From assembly GCA_964622985.1 (NCBI GenBank), contig CAZURA010000008.1, positions 232 to 64,231 of the forward strand: a stretch of DNA of 64,000 bases, in the 5' to 3' direction. Source of the stretch: an uncultured Bacteroides sp. Its GTDB lineage: Bacteria; Bacteroidota; Bacteroidia; Bacteroidales; GCA-2748055. The position numbers and the translations under genes are program-made. Below are positions 55,803 to 64,000 of the stretch, piece after piece; positions within the stretch are counted from its first letter, which is position 1; each line of letters opens with the position of its first letter. The notes below the pieces were generated by a model, which was not told the DNA's origin, searched no databases, and was given only the letters and a program-made list of their open reading frames with translations.

Positions 55803-57734
55803 TTACATGGCCCTTGTCAGGATTTTAGAGCCCACCAAATTGCGTGCTGCAGTGGCAATGCCTTCTGCATCGTATCCACACTCCTTGTAGAGCTCCTCCT
55901 GAGTGCCATGATCAACAAACCGGTCAGGAATACCAAGCCGGATCACCTTGGCTTTGTAGTTGTTATCCATCATGTACTCGATCACAGCGCTTCCCAATCC
56001 TCCGACGATGCAAGCATCTTCCACAGTAATGATCTTGTCGAATGTTGAGAAGACGTTCTTTAACAGCTTATTATCCAGCGGCTTCAGGAAACGCATATCA
56101 AAATGAGCTACGCTGATATGCTCTTTCTCAAGTTTTTCAATGGCTTTGGCAGCTTCGTTTCCGATGGGACCAAGAGTAAGGATGGCCAGATCGCTGCCTT
56201 CCTTGAGTTGCTGACCTTTCCCGATTTCAATTTCATTGAATGGTTTTTTCCAATCAACCATAACACCTGTTCCCTTGGGATATCTTATCACGAAAGGTCC
56301 CTCAGGATCTATCTGGGCTGTGTACATCAGGTCCCTTAACTCAATTTCGTTAAGGGGAGATGATATAGTCATTCCGGGAATGCATCTGAAAAAAGCCAGG
56401 TCGAATGCTCCGTGGTGTGTGGCACCATCACTTCCCACCAGTCCGGCCCGATCAAGGAAGAAAACTACGGGCAGATTCTGTATGGCTACATCGTGAATGA
56501 CCTGATCATAGGCCCTCTGCATAAATGAGGAGTAAATGTTGCAAAACGGGATCATTCCTGCAGAGGCCAGACCGGCTGAGAAAGTCACCGCATGCTGTTC
56601 TGCAATTCCCACATCGTATGTACGGTCGGGCATCTCATCCATCATTATCTTCAGGGATGAACCTGTGGGCATGGCAGGGGTTATGCCAACGATCTTCTTA
56701 TTGATTCTTGCCAGCTCAAGTATGGTCTCTCCAAATACGTCCTGATAGTTTGGCGGTTGAGGTTGATCAGAAGCCTTCTTTAGCAGCTCCCCTGTATGCA
56801 TGTTGAACTTACCAGGTGAGTGAAAAGCGGTTTGGTTCTCTTCTGCTTTTGCGAATCCCTTTCCTTTCTGAGTGATCACATGCAATAGCTTTGGACCGGG
56901 GATCTCTTTCATATCCTTAAGGACCTCAGCCAGATGAAGTACATCATGTCCATCTACAGGACCAAAATAGCGGAAGTTAAGCGACTCAAAGAGATTACTC
57001 TGTTTGAGAACGATCGACTTGATAGCATTCTCAATCTTTTGGGCATATCGTCTGGCATTGGGAGCAATCTTGCTCAGAAATCCCAGCAGGTTCCAGACAT
57101 CATTTTTCACCTTGTTGTATGCCTTGGAGGTAGTGATGTCCAGCAGGTAGTCTTTCATGGCACCTACGCTGGGATCAATGGAAATATGGTTGTCATTCAG
57201 GATTACCAGCAGATTCTTTCCTTCATGACCTGCATTGTTCAGGGCTTCATAAGCCATTCCCCCGGTTAGCGAACCATCTCCTATTATGGCGACGACCTGA
57301 CGATCGGTCTCATTGTTGTAGTCATTGGCTGCGGCCATTCCCAGTGCTGCGGAAATGGAGGTGGATGCATGACCTGCACCAAATGCATCATACTTACTTT
57401 CTGCAGGTCTGGGGAATCCGCTTATTCCTCCGTACTTCCGGTTAGTATGGAAGATCTCCCTTCGGCCTGTGAGTATTTTATGACCGTATGCCTGGTGACC
57501 TACATCCCAGATGATCTGGTCAAAAGGTGCATTGAAAACATGATGGAGAGCAACGGTGAGTTCCACTACGCCAAGGCTTGCACCAAAATGCCCTGGATTG
57601 GATGAAACGACTTCAATAATAAACTTTCTCAGTTCAGTACTAAGCTGCCGTAACTGCTCCGGAGTCAGCGACTTCATGTCGTCCGGACTCTCTATTGTCT
57701 TAAGCAATTTATATTCTTCTGTTGACTCCGTCAT
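55803..57734 (-). CDS. dxs: 1-deoxy-D-xylulose-5-phosphate synthase
   Basis: GHFGASLGVVELTVALH, WDVGHQAYGHKILTGR, the TPP motif IGDGSLTGGMAYEALNNAG, and GIAEQHAVTFSAGLA. I used the ATG at 57734, since the track start 57764 is TTG. Confidence 0.95.
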   Translation of the reverse strand: MTESTEEYKLLKTIESPDDMKSLTPEQLRQLSTELRKFIIEVVSSNPGHFGASLGVVELTVALHHVFNAPFDQIIWDVGHQAYGHKILTGRREIFHTNRKYGGISGFPRPAESKYDAFGAGHASTSISAALGMAAANDYNNETDRQVVAIIGDGSLTGGMAYEALNNAGHEGKNLLVILNDNHISIDPSVGAMKDYLLDITTSKAYNKVKNDVWNLLGFLSKIAPNARRYAQKIENAIKSIVLKQSNLFESLNFRYFGPVDGHDVLHLAEVLKDMKEIPGPKLLHVITQKGKGFAKAEENQTAFHSPGKFNMHTGELLKKASDQPQPPNYQDVFGETILELARINKKIVGITPAMPTGSSLKIMMDEMPDRTYDVGIAEQHAVTFSAGLASAGMIPFCNIYSSFMQRAYDQVIHDVAIQNLPVVFFLDRAGLVGSDGATHHGAFDLAFFRCIPGMTISSPLNEIELRDLMYTAQIDPEGPFVIRYPKGTGVMVDWKKPFNEIEIGKGQQLKEGSDLAILTLGPIGNEAAKAIEKLEKEHISVAHFDMRFLKPLDNKLLKNVFSTFDKIITVEDACIVGGLGSAVIEYMMDNNYKAKVIRLGIPDRFVDHGTQEELYKECGYDAEGIATAARNLVGSKILTRAM

Positions 57735-57863
57735 TACGGTCAGATTTCTGGTGCAAAGGTACAAATAAATCCCTTTGTTGATATCTTAAACGGACGTGTA
57801 GAAAAATTGGTCTGTTATGCCCTCCTATTTTATGTAATTTTCCCTAATTGAACCGTTATTATT

Positions 57864-58862
57864 ATGATGAGAAAAATTGTATATATAGTCATAGGAGCGG
57901 CACTTCTGGGATCGTGTGTTCCTGCCAGTGAATTCTCGCAGCTTACCAATAAAAGCAACTCATTACAGACAGAGAGGGATGATCTTATGGCTGAAAATGA
58001 GCATCTCACGGTAGAGAACCGGGAGATGAGAGCCAGGATTGATTACGTACAGGAACAGCAGGAGCAGTTTGTGCAGGATAGCATCAGGATCCATAAGAAG
58101 GTGATGGACCTTGAAAAAGAAATTGCCCAAATCGAACGGCAATATAAGGACCTGGAATCGACTCATGAAGCATTACTCAGGGGGAATGCCCGGGAAACCC
58201 GAAGATTGCTTAATGAATTACAGTCCACCCAGGAAGACTTGTCAAAGAAGCAACAATTGCTGAAAGAGCTGGAAGCTAGTGTGGCTGGTCAGCGTCAGGA
58301 TGTGAACCAGTTACAGGCTGAACTGGAATCACGGAATGCCAGGTTGCTGGAGATGGAGAAAATGCTTTATCAGAAGGACAGGATTTTGGATGAGTTGAGA
58401 GAGAAGGTGGCTGATGCCCTGCTCGGTTTTGAGGGGCAGGGCCTTACCGTTACTCGTAAGAATGGGAAGGTATATGTTTCCCTGGAGGAGAAGCTGTTGT
58501 TTAAGTCGGGAAGCACAGTTGTTGATCCTAACGGAGTGAGGGCATTAAAGCAACTGGCTGTGGTCCTGGCCAATAACAGGGATATAGATATCATGATCGA
58601 GGGACATACCGATGATGTTCCATTCAGAAAAGGTTCATCTATCAAGGACAATTGGGATTTAAGTGTAATGCGGGCTACCTCCATCGTTAGGATCCTGTTG
58701 GATGGGTCGGGAATCGATCCTACACGGATTACAGTGGCTGGCAGGGGAGAATTCCTTCCGGTTGATGGCGCTGATACTCCTGAAGCGAGAAGAAAGAACA
58801 GGCGCACCGAGATTATTCTTTCACCTGACCTTTCTGAACTCCTCCGTATCCTGGAGCTGTAA
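57864..58862 (+). CDS. OmpA-family lipoprotein with N-terminal coiled coil
   Basis: Lipobox IGAALLGSC, ~170 aa of heptad-rich coiled coil, and an OmpA-like domain IMIEGHTDDVPF...NWDLSVMRATSIVRIL...GRGEFLPV...RRKNRRTEIIL. Confidence 0.8.
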   Translation: MMRKIVYIVIGAALLGSCVPASEFSQLTNKSNSLQTERDDLMAENEHLTVENREMRARIDYVQEQQEQFVQDSIRIHKKVMDLEKEIAQIERQYKDLESTHEALLRGNARETRRLLNELQSTQEDLSKKQQLLKELEASVAGQRQDVNQLQAELESRNARLLEMEKMLYQKDRILDELREKVADALLGFEGQGLTVTRKNGKVYVSLEEKLLFKSGSTVVDPNGVRALKQLAVVLANNRDIDIMIEGHTDDVPFRKGSSIKDNWDLSVMRATSIVRILLDGSGIDPTRITVAGRGEFLPVDGADTPEARRKNRRTEIILSPDLSELLRILEL

Positions 58863-59058
58863 AAGATCAACAAACAGGTTGGTCGTCCAATGGATCTGTA
58901 CCGGATTTTTGAATCCCGCGATCGCATTAGCTTCGCTGAGCTCGCAAGCTCGGTTCGCCGCTGCTTGCGGCGGGATTAGCAAGCACCTTCAGTCTATCTA
59001 GAGTAGATTTACGGTTGCTTGCTTCGAAGAGTTTCAAGATACCAGTGGTGTCCTGAGG

Positions 59059-60426
59059 TTATCGGTGAGATTTACGACTCAGAAGGAGGGGTGTCCATCC
59101 CTTCACCGCTCCACCAATGAGGATGAGTTCAACCGGGAGTAAAAACCTGGAGGCACCAAGGGGACCGGTCACCAGTGCCAGGTAACCCACCAATAGTGCC
59201 AGAAAGATCCTGAAAGGAATCATCTCCTTTCCTTTGATCAAGTAGATAATAAATCCTGAGATTTTAAGGAGTTTAAAAAGCACTATACCTCCAAGTATCA
59301 GTACCAGTCCCCATCCCTGTGCTTTCAGTAAACGGAAAGCGCCTGAGAGGCCTTCCTGGTTCAAAGTGCGAAGGAATCCTGGAGAATCAGCTTGCCGGAT
59401 ATTGAAAAAAGTAACCAGATCGAACCGTCCGGGGTCCAGGAAATATCGAACACTACCCTTCAGGTGGAAGACTGCATAAGCAGCAGGTCGTTCCAGTATA
59501 ATCTCTTTTACTCCTTCTCCAAGGCATTTATTTTTTTCCCTGTAGGTGATTCTATTACCACAGACATCATAGAGGTTGTCCACTTCAGCCGCTGCAGTTT
59601 CACTTCCTTCCGTGCCCATGATGAAATACCGAAGGTTATAATTGACCATATTCGCGGTCTGGATGCTGGAGTACTGGGCCAATCCGGTTCGGGCATAGTT
59701 GCGGTAACTGTAAATAGAAATCCAGAGTATGGGGAGCATAACAGCCCATAGATATGCCCATTGTTTTGTTCGCAGGAATAGACCCAGAGAGATCAGTACT
59801 GAAAATATTGCAAATGGATAGAGCACAGGTTTTGTGGCCATTCCCAGAGTTAGGAACAGATGGAACAGCCAGATGTATCGGTTGGTCAACCTGCTCTTTT
59901 CTCCCGGTTGTTCAGGTTCCTTAAATATGTGGTAGACGCTCCATACCAGCAGTACAAGTAGCAGCTGAAATGGGATCTCAGCCATAATTCGATTGGCATA
60001 GATGAACTGGGCGGGTGTGGCAAGAAGCAAACTTATGAAGAGCAGGGTTGAAGCTGAGCTACCTGAAGAGCCATTTCCAGTGATCTCTCTATCGGATATG
60101 AATATCTTATAAATCCATACAATAGAGAAAATGGAAACCAAAAACTGGATCAACAAGACAGGAATAGTAGACCTGGTCAGCACACCCACTCCCAGGAAAA
60201 TCGGATAGAAAGGAGGACGCCTGGTGAATTGCTCTTCAACGATCGATTCTGACAGATCTCCTGCATAGAGCACACCTGTGCTATATACATTGCGGGAGGC
60301 ATTGAGGTAATCTTCCGAATCGGATAAAGGTGCAGGAGGGTTGATCTGGACACTGAGAAAAAAAAGCAGATGAACCAGCAGTAGCCCTGCAAGTGATAGT
60401 GAAAATCGGTTAAATGGAAGTTTCAC
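59059..60426 (-). CDS. Polytopic membrane glycosyltransferase, ArnT/PMT (GT39/GT83)-like
   Basis: GTG start, ~11 TM helices. The N-terminal loop SDSEDYLNASRNVYSTGVLY...RRPPFYPIFLG resembles the DE-containing first periplasmic loop of GT-C enzymes. The family call is tentative. Confidence 0.55.
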   Translation of the reverse strand: MKLPFNRFSLSLAGLLLVHLLFFLSVQINPPAPLSDSEDYLNASRNVYSTGVLYAGDLSESIVEEQFTRRPPFYPIFLGVGVLTRSTIPVLLIQFLVSIFSIVWIYKIFISDREITGNGSSGSSASTLLFISLLLATPAQFIYANRIMAEIPFQLLLVLLVWSVYHIFKEPEQPGEKSRLTNRYIWLFHLFLTLGMATKPVLYPFAIFSVLISLGLFLRTKQWAYLWAVMLPILWISIYSYRNYARTGLAQYSSIQTANMVNYNLRYFIMGTEGSETAAAEVDNLYDVCGNRITYREKNKCLGEGVKEIILERPAAYAVFHLKGSVRYFLDPGRFDLVTFFNIRQADSPGFLRTLNQEGLSGAFRLLKAQGWGLVLILGGIVLFKLLKISGFIIYLIKGKEMIPFRIFLALLVGYLALVTGPLGASRFLLPVELILIGGAVKGWTPLLLSRKSHR

Positions 60427-60429
60427 ACC

Positions 60430-60993
60430 CTAGATGGTCATGATATCCTCTTCTTTGCTCTCAACGATCTTTTCCACCTTTTCGGTGTATTCATCAGTGA
60501 GCTTCTGAATCATATCTTCGGCAGTCTTCGCTTCGTCTTCCGAGAGGCCATCCTTTTGCATCTGTTTGTATTCATCGTTGGCATCACGGCGACTGTTTCT
60601 CACACTTACCCGTGCATTTTCCCCTTCGCTCTTTACCTGTTTCACCAGGTCACGTCGTCGTTCTTCTGTGAGTTGAGGAATGGCCAGACGGATCACTTCA
60701 CCGTTATTGGCCGGGGTAATGCCGACGTTGGAGTTCATCAACGCTTTCTCGATAGGATCGATCATGGTTTTCTCCCAGGGCTGGATCATGATCGTTTTGG
60801 CATCGGGTGTACTAATGTTAGATACCTGGTTCAGAGGGGTGGGAGTACCATAATACTCTACCTGAATTCCATCCAGGATATGTACGTTGGCTTTACCTGC
60901 CCTGATGCGCAGAAGCTCGTTATCAAGGTGCTCAATGGCCTTGTCCATGCGCTCCTTGGTCATTTCGTATACCAGTTGGACATCTTCGTTCAT
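60430..60993 (-). CDS. frr: Ribosome recycling factor
   Basis: RMDKAIEHLDNELLRIRAGKANVHILDGIQVEYYGTPTPLNQVSNISTPDAKTIMIQPWEK...IRLAIPQLTEERRRDLVK. Confidence 0.95.
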   Translation of the reverse strand: MNEDVQLVYEMTKERMDKAIEHLDNELLRIRAGKANVHILDGIQVEYYGTPTPLNQVSNISTPDAKTIMIQPWEKTMIDPIEKALMNSNVGITPANNGEVIRLAIPQLTEERRRDLVKQVKSEGENARVSVRNSRRDANDEYKQMQKDGLSEDEAKTAEDMIQKLTDEYTEKVEKIVESKEEDIMTI

Positions 60994-61029
60994 GATCTCT
61001 GTGGATTGCGTTCAGCGAGCCTAAATTAT

Positions 61030-61740
61030 TTAAATTTTAACTAAAGTGCCAACTTTTTCGCCCGAAATAAGCCTTTTCAGATTCCCTTTCTCATTCATAT
61101 TGAAGACAATAATCGGTAAATCATTCTCTTTACACATAGTAAAAGCAGTAAGATCGAGGATGCGTAGTTCCTTCTGGAGCGCTTCGCTGAAAGTGAGTTC
61201 ATCATATTTTTCTGCTTCCGGATCCTTCTCAGGATCACTGGAATAGACTCCATCTACCCGGGTACCCTTCAACATAACATCTGCTTCCATCTCCACGGCT
61301 CTTAAGGTGGAGGCAGTATCAGTTGTGAAATAGGGATTTCCGGTTCCTCCGGAGAAAATAACAATCTCATTGTTTTCCAGAGCCTGGATCACCTTCGGTT
61401 TATAATAGAACTCTGCTACCGGTTCCATGCGAATGGCAGTAAACAATCTGGCAGTTGCGCCTTTCGACTGGAATGCAGATTGTAATGCCAATCCATTAAT
61501 TACTGTTGCCAGCATACCCATATAGTCTCCTTTCACGCGGTCAAATCCTGCTTCCACACCAGACATTCCGCGGAAGATATTTCCTCCGCCTATTACGATC
61601 CCCACCTGGGTACCCATCCTGGAAACCTCTATGATCTCGTCAATGTAATCGTGCAGTCTGCCGGGATCAATACCATGTGATTGTCCGGCCATCAATGCCT
61701 CGCCACTCAATTTTAAGAGAATACGGTTATAAGCTGCCAT
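61030..61740 (-). CDS. pyrH: UMP kinase
   Basis: YNRILLKLSGEALMAG...VGIVIGGGNIFRG...DYMGMLATVINGLALQ...FSGGTGNPYFTTDTASTLRAVE. Confidence 0.95.
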   Translation of the reverse strand: MAAYNRILLKLSGEALMAGQSHGIDPGRLHDYIDEIIEVSRMGTQVGIVIGGGNIFRGMSGVEAGFDRVKGDYMGMLATVINGLALQSAFQSKGATARLFTAIRMEPVAEFYYKPKVIQALENNEIVIFSGGTGNPYFTTDTASTLRAVEMEADVMLKGTRVDGVYSSDPEKDPEAEKYDELTFSEALQKELRILDLTAFTMCKENDLPIIVFNMNEKGNLKRLISGEKVGTLVKI

Positions 61741-61962
61741 TTTGTTTTTGTTTATAAATGTATGAAAAGGTATTCTAACATTTATGGGATGTTTTTAACC
61801 AGGGTCGACGTATTATAAATCTGTTTCCGTCATTCTTTTTTGGGTAATTTATTAATCCGCATATAATCAGCAATATAGGCCTCTGATTTTGATGTTATTT
61901 TGATGCTTTTTTAATGTTTTTGGGTGTCCCGTTTCGCAAAAACAGCATGTAACAGGGTTGTG

Positions 61963-62100
61963 ACATTTCGTGATTATGTGACATTTTCGTTTTTCAGTTA
62001 TTTCAGTAAGAAGCTTTCTATATAGCTCATTCATAATGGCATAGAAAGCTTCTTGTTAACAAGAATAGATTTATGAAAAGTCACAACAATAATGATATGT
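61963..62100. repeat. ~138-nt imperfect palindrome with a perfect 14-bp core stem, flanked by 20-nt direct repeats
   Basis: The core is AAGAAGCTTTCTAT (62008..62021) and ATAGAAAGCTTCTT (62041..62054). The outer arms share TGTGAC(A)TTTTC (61977..61988 versus the reverse complement of 62075..62086) and ACAT.TC.T.ATT.TGTGAC ends. The direct repeats are ATGTAACAGGGTTGTGACAT (61947..61966) and ATGTAACAGTGTTGTGACAT (62097..62116). Confidence 0.6.
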
Positions 62101-62228
62101 AACAGTGTTGTGACATCCGAAAATTGAAAAAATGAATGACCATTTTTCATTTCCGCTGACCAGTTTCCGGTGATCATGTATCGCATTGACTGATACCAGC
62201 CGATAGCCTTCAAACATCCCTTAGTTAT

Positions 62229-62266
62229 AAAAAAAAGGCTGTCTCGCATGGCAGCAAGACAGCCTT
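62229..62266 (-). terminator. Rho-independent terminator of tsf
   Basis: On the minus strand, the 10-bp stem AAGGCTGTCT/AGACAGCCTT has a 12-nt loop and is followed by T8. It begins 24 nt after the tsf stop. Confidence 0.8.
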
Positions 62267-62289
62267 TGACTAATAACAAATGCCAAATT

Positions 62290-63111
62290 TTATTTTACTG
62301 AGAACCTTTTAAAGCCAGTTACTTTGAGGTCTGCATCAGCCTCTTTGAGATACTGTCCAATGGTTTTCTTAGCGTCTTTGGTGAATTCCTGATTCAGAAG
62401 GGTTGCTTCTTTCAGGAACTTATTGACCATACCATCAGCGATACGGTCCACAATGTTCTCCGGTTTGCCTTCCTGAAGTGCCTTTTCGCGTCCGATCTTT
62501 CTCTCTTGTTCGATCACTTCAGCAGGAACGTCATCTTTATCTACAGCCACAGGAGACATAGCAGCGATCTGCATGGCTACATCCTTTGCGACCTGCTCTT
62601 CTACTTGAGCTTTGTTGAATCCAACCAGCGTGGCCAGATTATTTCCAAAATGATTATAGGCCTGCACCTTCTCTGCCTCGATGTACTCGAAGTAGGCCAG
62701 TTCCAGCTTTTCACCAATGGTTCCGGACTGCTCAGTAATGATCTCAACAACTGTTTTTCCTTCCATTGGAAGTGCTTTCAATGCTTCCAGGTCGGCCGGC
62801 TTCTCAGCAATAGCAAGATCCAGTATGGTAGTGGAAAATTTCACAAAGTTTTCATTCTTGGCAACGAAATCAGTCTCGCAATTCAGGGAGATCAAAGCAC
62901 CATAACTGCCGTCTACTTTTGCCTGAACATTACCTTCACTGGCTTCACGGTCGGCACGCTTGTTGGCGATGGCCTGACCTTTTTTGCGAATCACTTCAAC
63001 CGCCTTGTCAAAATCACCTTCTGCTTCCTGCAACGCCTTTTTGCAGTCCATCATTCCAGCCCCGGTGGCTTTCCGTAATTTCTGTACATCTGCAGCTTTT
63101 ATATCAGCCAT
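62290..63111 (-). CDS. tsf: Translation elongation factor Ts
   Basis: MADIKAADVQKLRKATGAGMMDCKKALQEAEGDFDKAVEVIRKKG (UBA-like N-terminus), followed by LNCETDFVAKNENF. Confidence 0.95.
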   Translation of the reverse strand: MADIKAADVQKLRKATGAGMMDCKKALQEAEGDFDKAVEVIRKKGQAIANKRADREASEGNVQAKVDGSYGALISLNCETDFVAKNENFVKFSTTILDLAIAEKPADLEALKALPMEGKTVVEIITEQSGTIGEKLELAYFEYIEAEKVQAYNHFGNNLATLVGFNKAQVEEQVAKDVAMQIAAMSPVAVDKDDVPAEVIEQERKIGREKALQEGKPENIVDRIADGMVNKFLKEATLLNQEFTKDAKKTIGQYLKEADADLKVTGFKRFSVK

Positions 63112-63152
63112 TTTATATTCTCTTTAATACGTTAATCTATATTGTTTCAATA

Positions 63153-64000
63153 CTATTCAGCCTTCTCTTCAGCGGTGGGCTCTTCTGTTTTAGCCTCAGC
63201 TTTAGGTTCCTCAGTTTGCTTCTCTTCCTTCTTGGCTTCAGCTTTGGGCTCTTCCTTCTTGGCCTCTGCTTTTGACTCTTCCTTCTTGGCTTCAGCTTTG
63301 GGCTCTTCCTTCTTGGCTTCAGCTTTGGGCTCTTCCTTCTTGGCTTCAGCTTTGGGTTCCGTTTTTTTCTCGGTCTTTGGAGTTTCTACTTTCTTACTCT
63401 CTTCTTTCTCCTTGTCCCTTTTTCCTTTCCCCTCTTTCACTTCCTTCACTTCTTTCTCTTTTTCCATCTTCCTTTCGTTCAGCCCTTCAGCCACTGCATC
63501 AGTAACGAAATTGATGATCAGAGAGATCGATTTGGAGGCGTCATCATTGGCCGGAATGGGGAAATCGATGGTGCGTGGATCAGAGTTGGTATCAATCATG
63601 GCGAAAACAGGGATATTAAGCCTGTTGGCTTCGCGGACCGCAATGTACTCTTTATGAACATCTACCACGAACATAGCTGCAGGAAGACGGGTAAGATCAG
63701 CGATGGAACCCAGGTTCTTCTCAAGTTTGGCACGCTGACGGGTGATTTGAAGTCTTTCACGTTTTGAAAGGGTATCGAATGTACCATCAGTTGCCATTTT
63801 ATCAATAGCCGACATCTTCTTTACCGCCTTTCTGATGGTCGGAAAGTTGGTGAGCATTCCACCGGGCCAACGCTCTGTTACGTAAGGCATGTTGATGGTT
63901 TTCACCTTCTCAGCTACAATATCTTTGGCTTGCTTCTTGGTTGCTACGAAGAGAATCTTACGTCCACTCTTGGCGATCTGCTTCATGGCGGATGCAGCCT
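63153..64000 (-). CDS. rpsB: 30S ribosomal protein S2 (5' end beyond window) with ~110-aa K/E-rich repetitive C-terminal extension
   Basis: Core motifs: ILFVATKKQAKDIV, PYVTERWPGGMLTNF, PAAMFVVDVHKEYIAVREANRLNIPVFAMIDTNSDP, and IPANDDASKSI. The reading frame stays open to position 64000. The tail is ...KAEAKKEEPKAEAKKEEPKAEAKKEESKAEAKKEEP... Confidence 0.93.
   Translation of the reverse strand, partial: AASAMKQIAKSGRKILFVATKKQAKDIVAEKVKTINMPYVTERWPGGMLTNFPTIRKAVKKMSAIDKMATDGTFDTLSKRERLQITRQRAKLEKNLGSIADLTRLPAAMFVVDVHKEYIAVREANRLNIPVFAMIDTNSDPRTIDFPIPANDDASKSISLIINFVTDAVAEGLNERKMEKEKEVKEVKEGKGKRDKEKEESKKVETPKTEKKTEPKAEAKKEEPKAEAKKEEPKAEAKKEESKAEAKKEEPKAEAKKEEKQTEEPKAEAKTEEPTAEEKAE
63227..63361 (-). 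repeat. Five tandem 27-nt units encoding the 9-aa repeat (EEPKAEAKK) in the S2 tail
   Basis: The plus-strand unit is CCTTCTTGGCTTCAGCTTTGGGCTCTT, at 63227, 63254 (variant), 63281, 63308 and 63335 (3' end diverged). Units 1, 3 and 4 are identical. Confidence 0.9.

Noticed and set aside
58370-59001. ORFs 58370..58927 (-, 185 aa) and 58702..59001 (+, 99 aa)
   Set aside because: The first is antisense to the OmpA-like gene. The second is an alternative frame running into the structured spacer. Both are Ser/Arg/Leu-rich with no motifs.
62031-62279. 82-aa minus-strand ORF in the tsf-pyrH spacer
   Set aside because: It starts inside the tsf terminator hairpin and reads through the palindromic element. 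It has no recognisable motif or ribosome-binding context.
63142-63657. 171-aa plus-strand ORF (..SSFLASALGSSFLASALG..)
   Set aside because: It is the antisense reading of the repetitive S2 tail. Its periodic low-complexity sequence simply mirrors the KAEAKKEEP repeat.

Overview
The window looks like Bacteroidota chromosome, based on T9SS sorting domains, a PorP/SprF gene, and a b558-type sdh/frd CAB operon. It is gene-dense and many neighbouring genes abut or overlap. About 39 CDS and one tRNA are supported. Two blocks look accessory. (1) 3.8-23.2 kb is a head-to-head pair of giant secreted proteins. One is 2017 aa with a type A T9SS C-terminal domain (CTD). The other is 4078 aa and SprB-like, with a type B CTD. 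A cognate PorP/SprF gene follows it. (2) 23.2-39.3 kb is a minus-strand surface-glycan cluster: YfhO-like GT-C, Wzx flippase, AsnB-like enzyme, two methyltransferases, three GT-B glycosyltransferases, an epimerase and WecB. glyQS is embedded in it, and one opposite-strand cadherin/LamG lipoprotein gene interrupts it. The rest is housekeeping: metG, nadB, dusB, sdhCAB, two M24B peptidases, an S41 peptidase, dCMP deaminase, tRNA-Leu(CAA), an ALDH7-like dehydrogenase, dxs, and frr-pyrH-tsf-rpsB. I saw no rRNA, CRISPR array, cas gene, transposase, integrase, phage gene or recognisable defence system. The best leads are three. First, the 19-copy two-cysteine repeat array inside the 4078-aa protein. 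Second, the divergent cargo pair that uses two T9SS sorting types. Third, a 549-nt tsf-pyrH spacer holding a ~138-nt imperfect palindrome flanked by 20-nt direct repeats. All family calls rest on motif recognition by eye, with no searches run, and domain boundaries are approximate.
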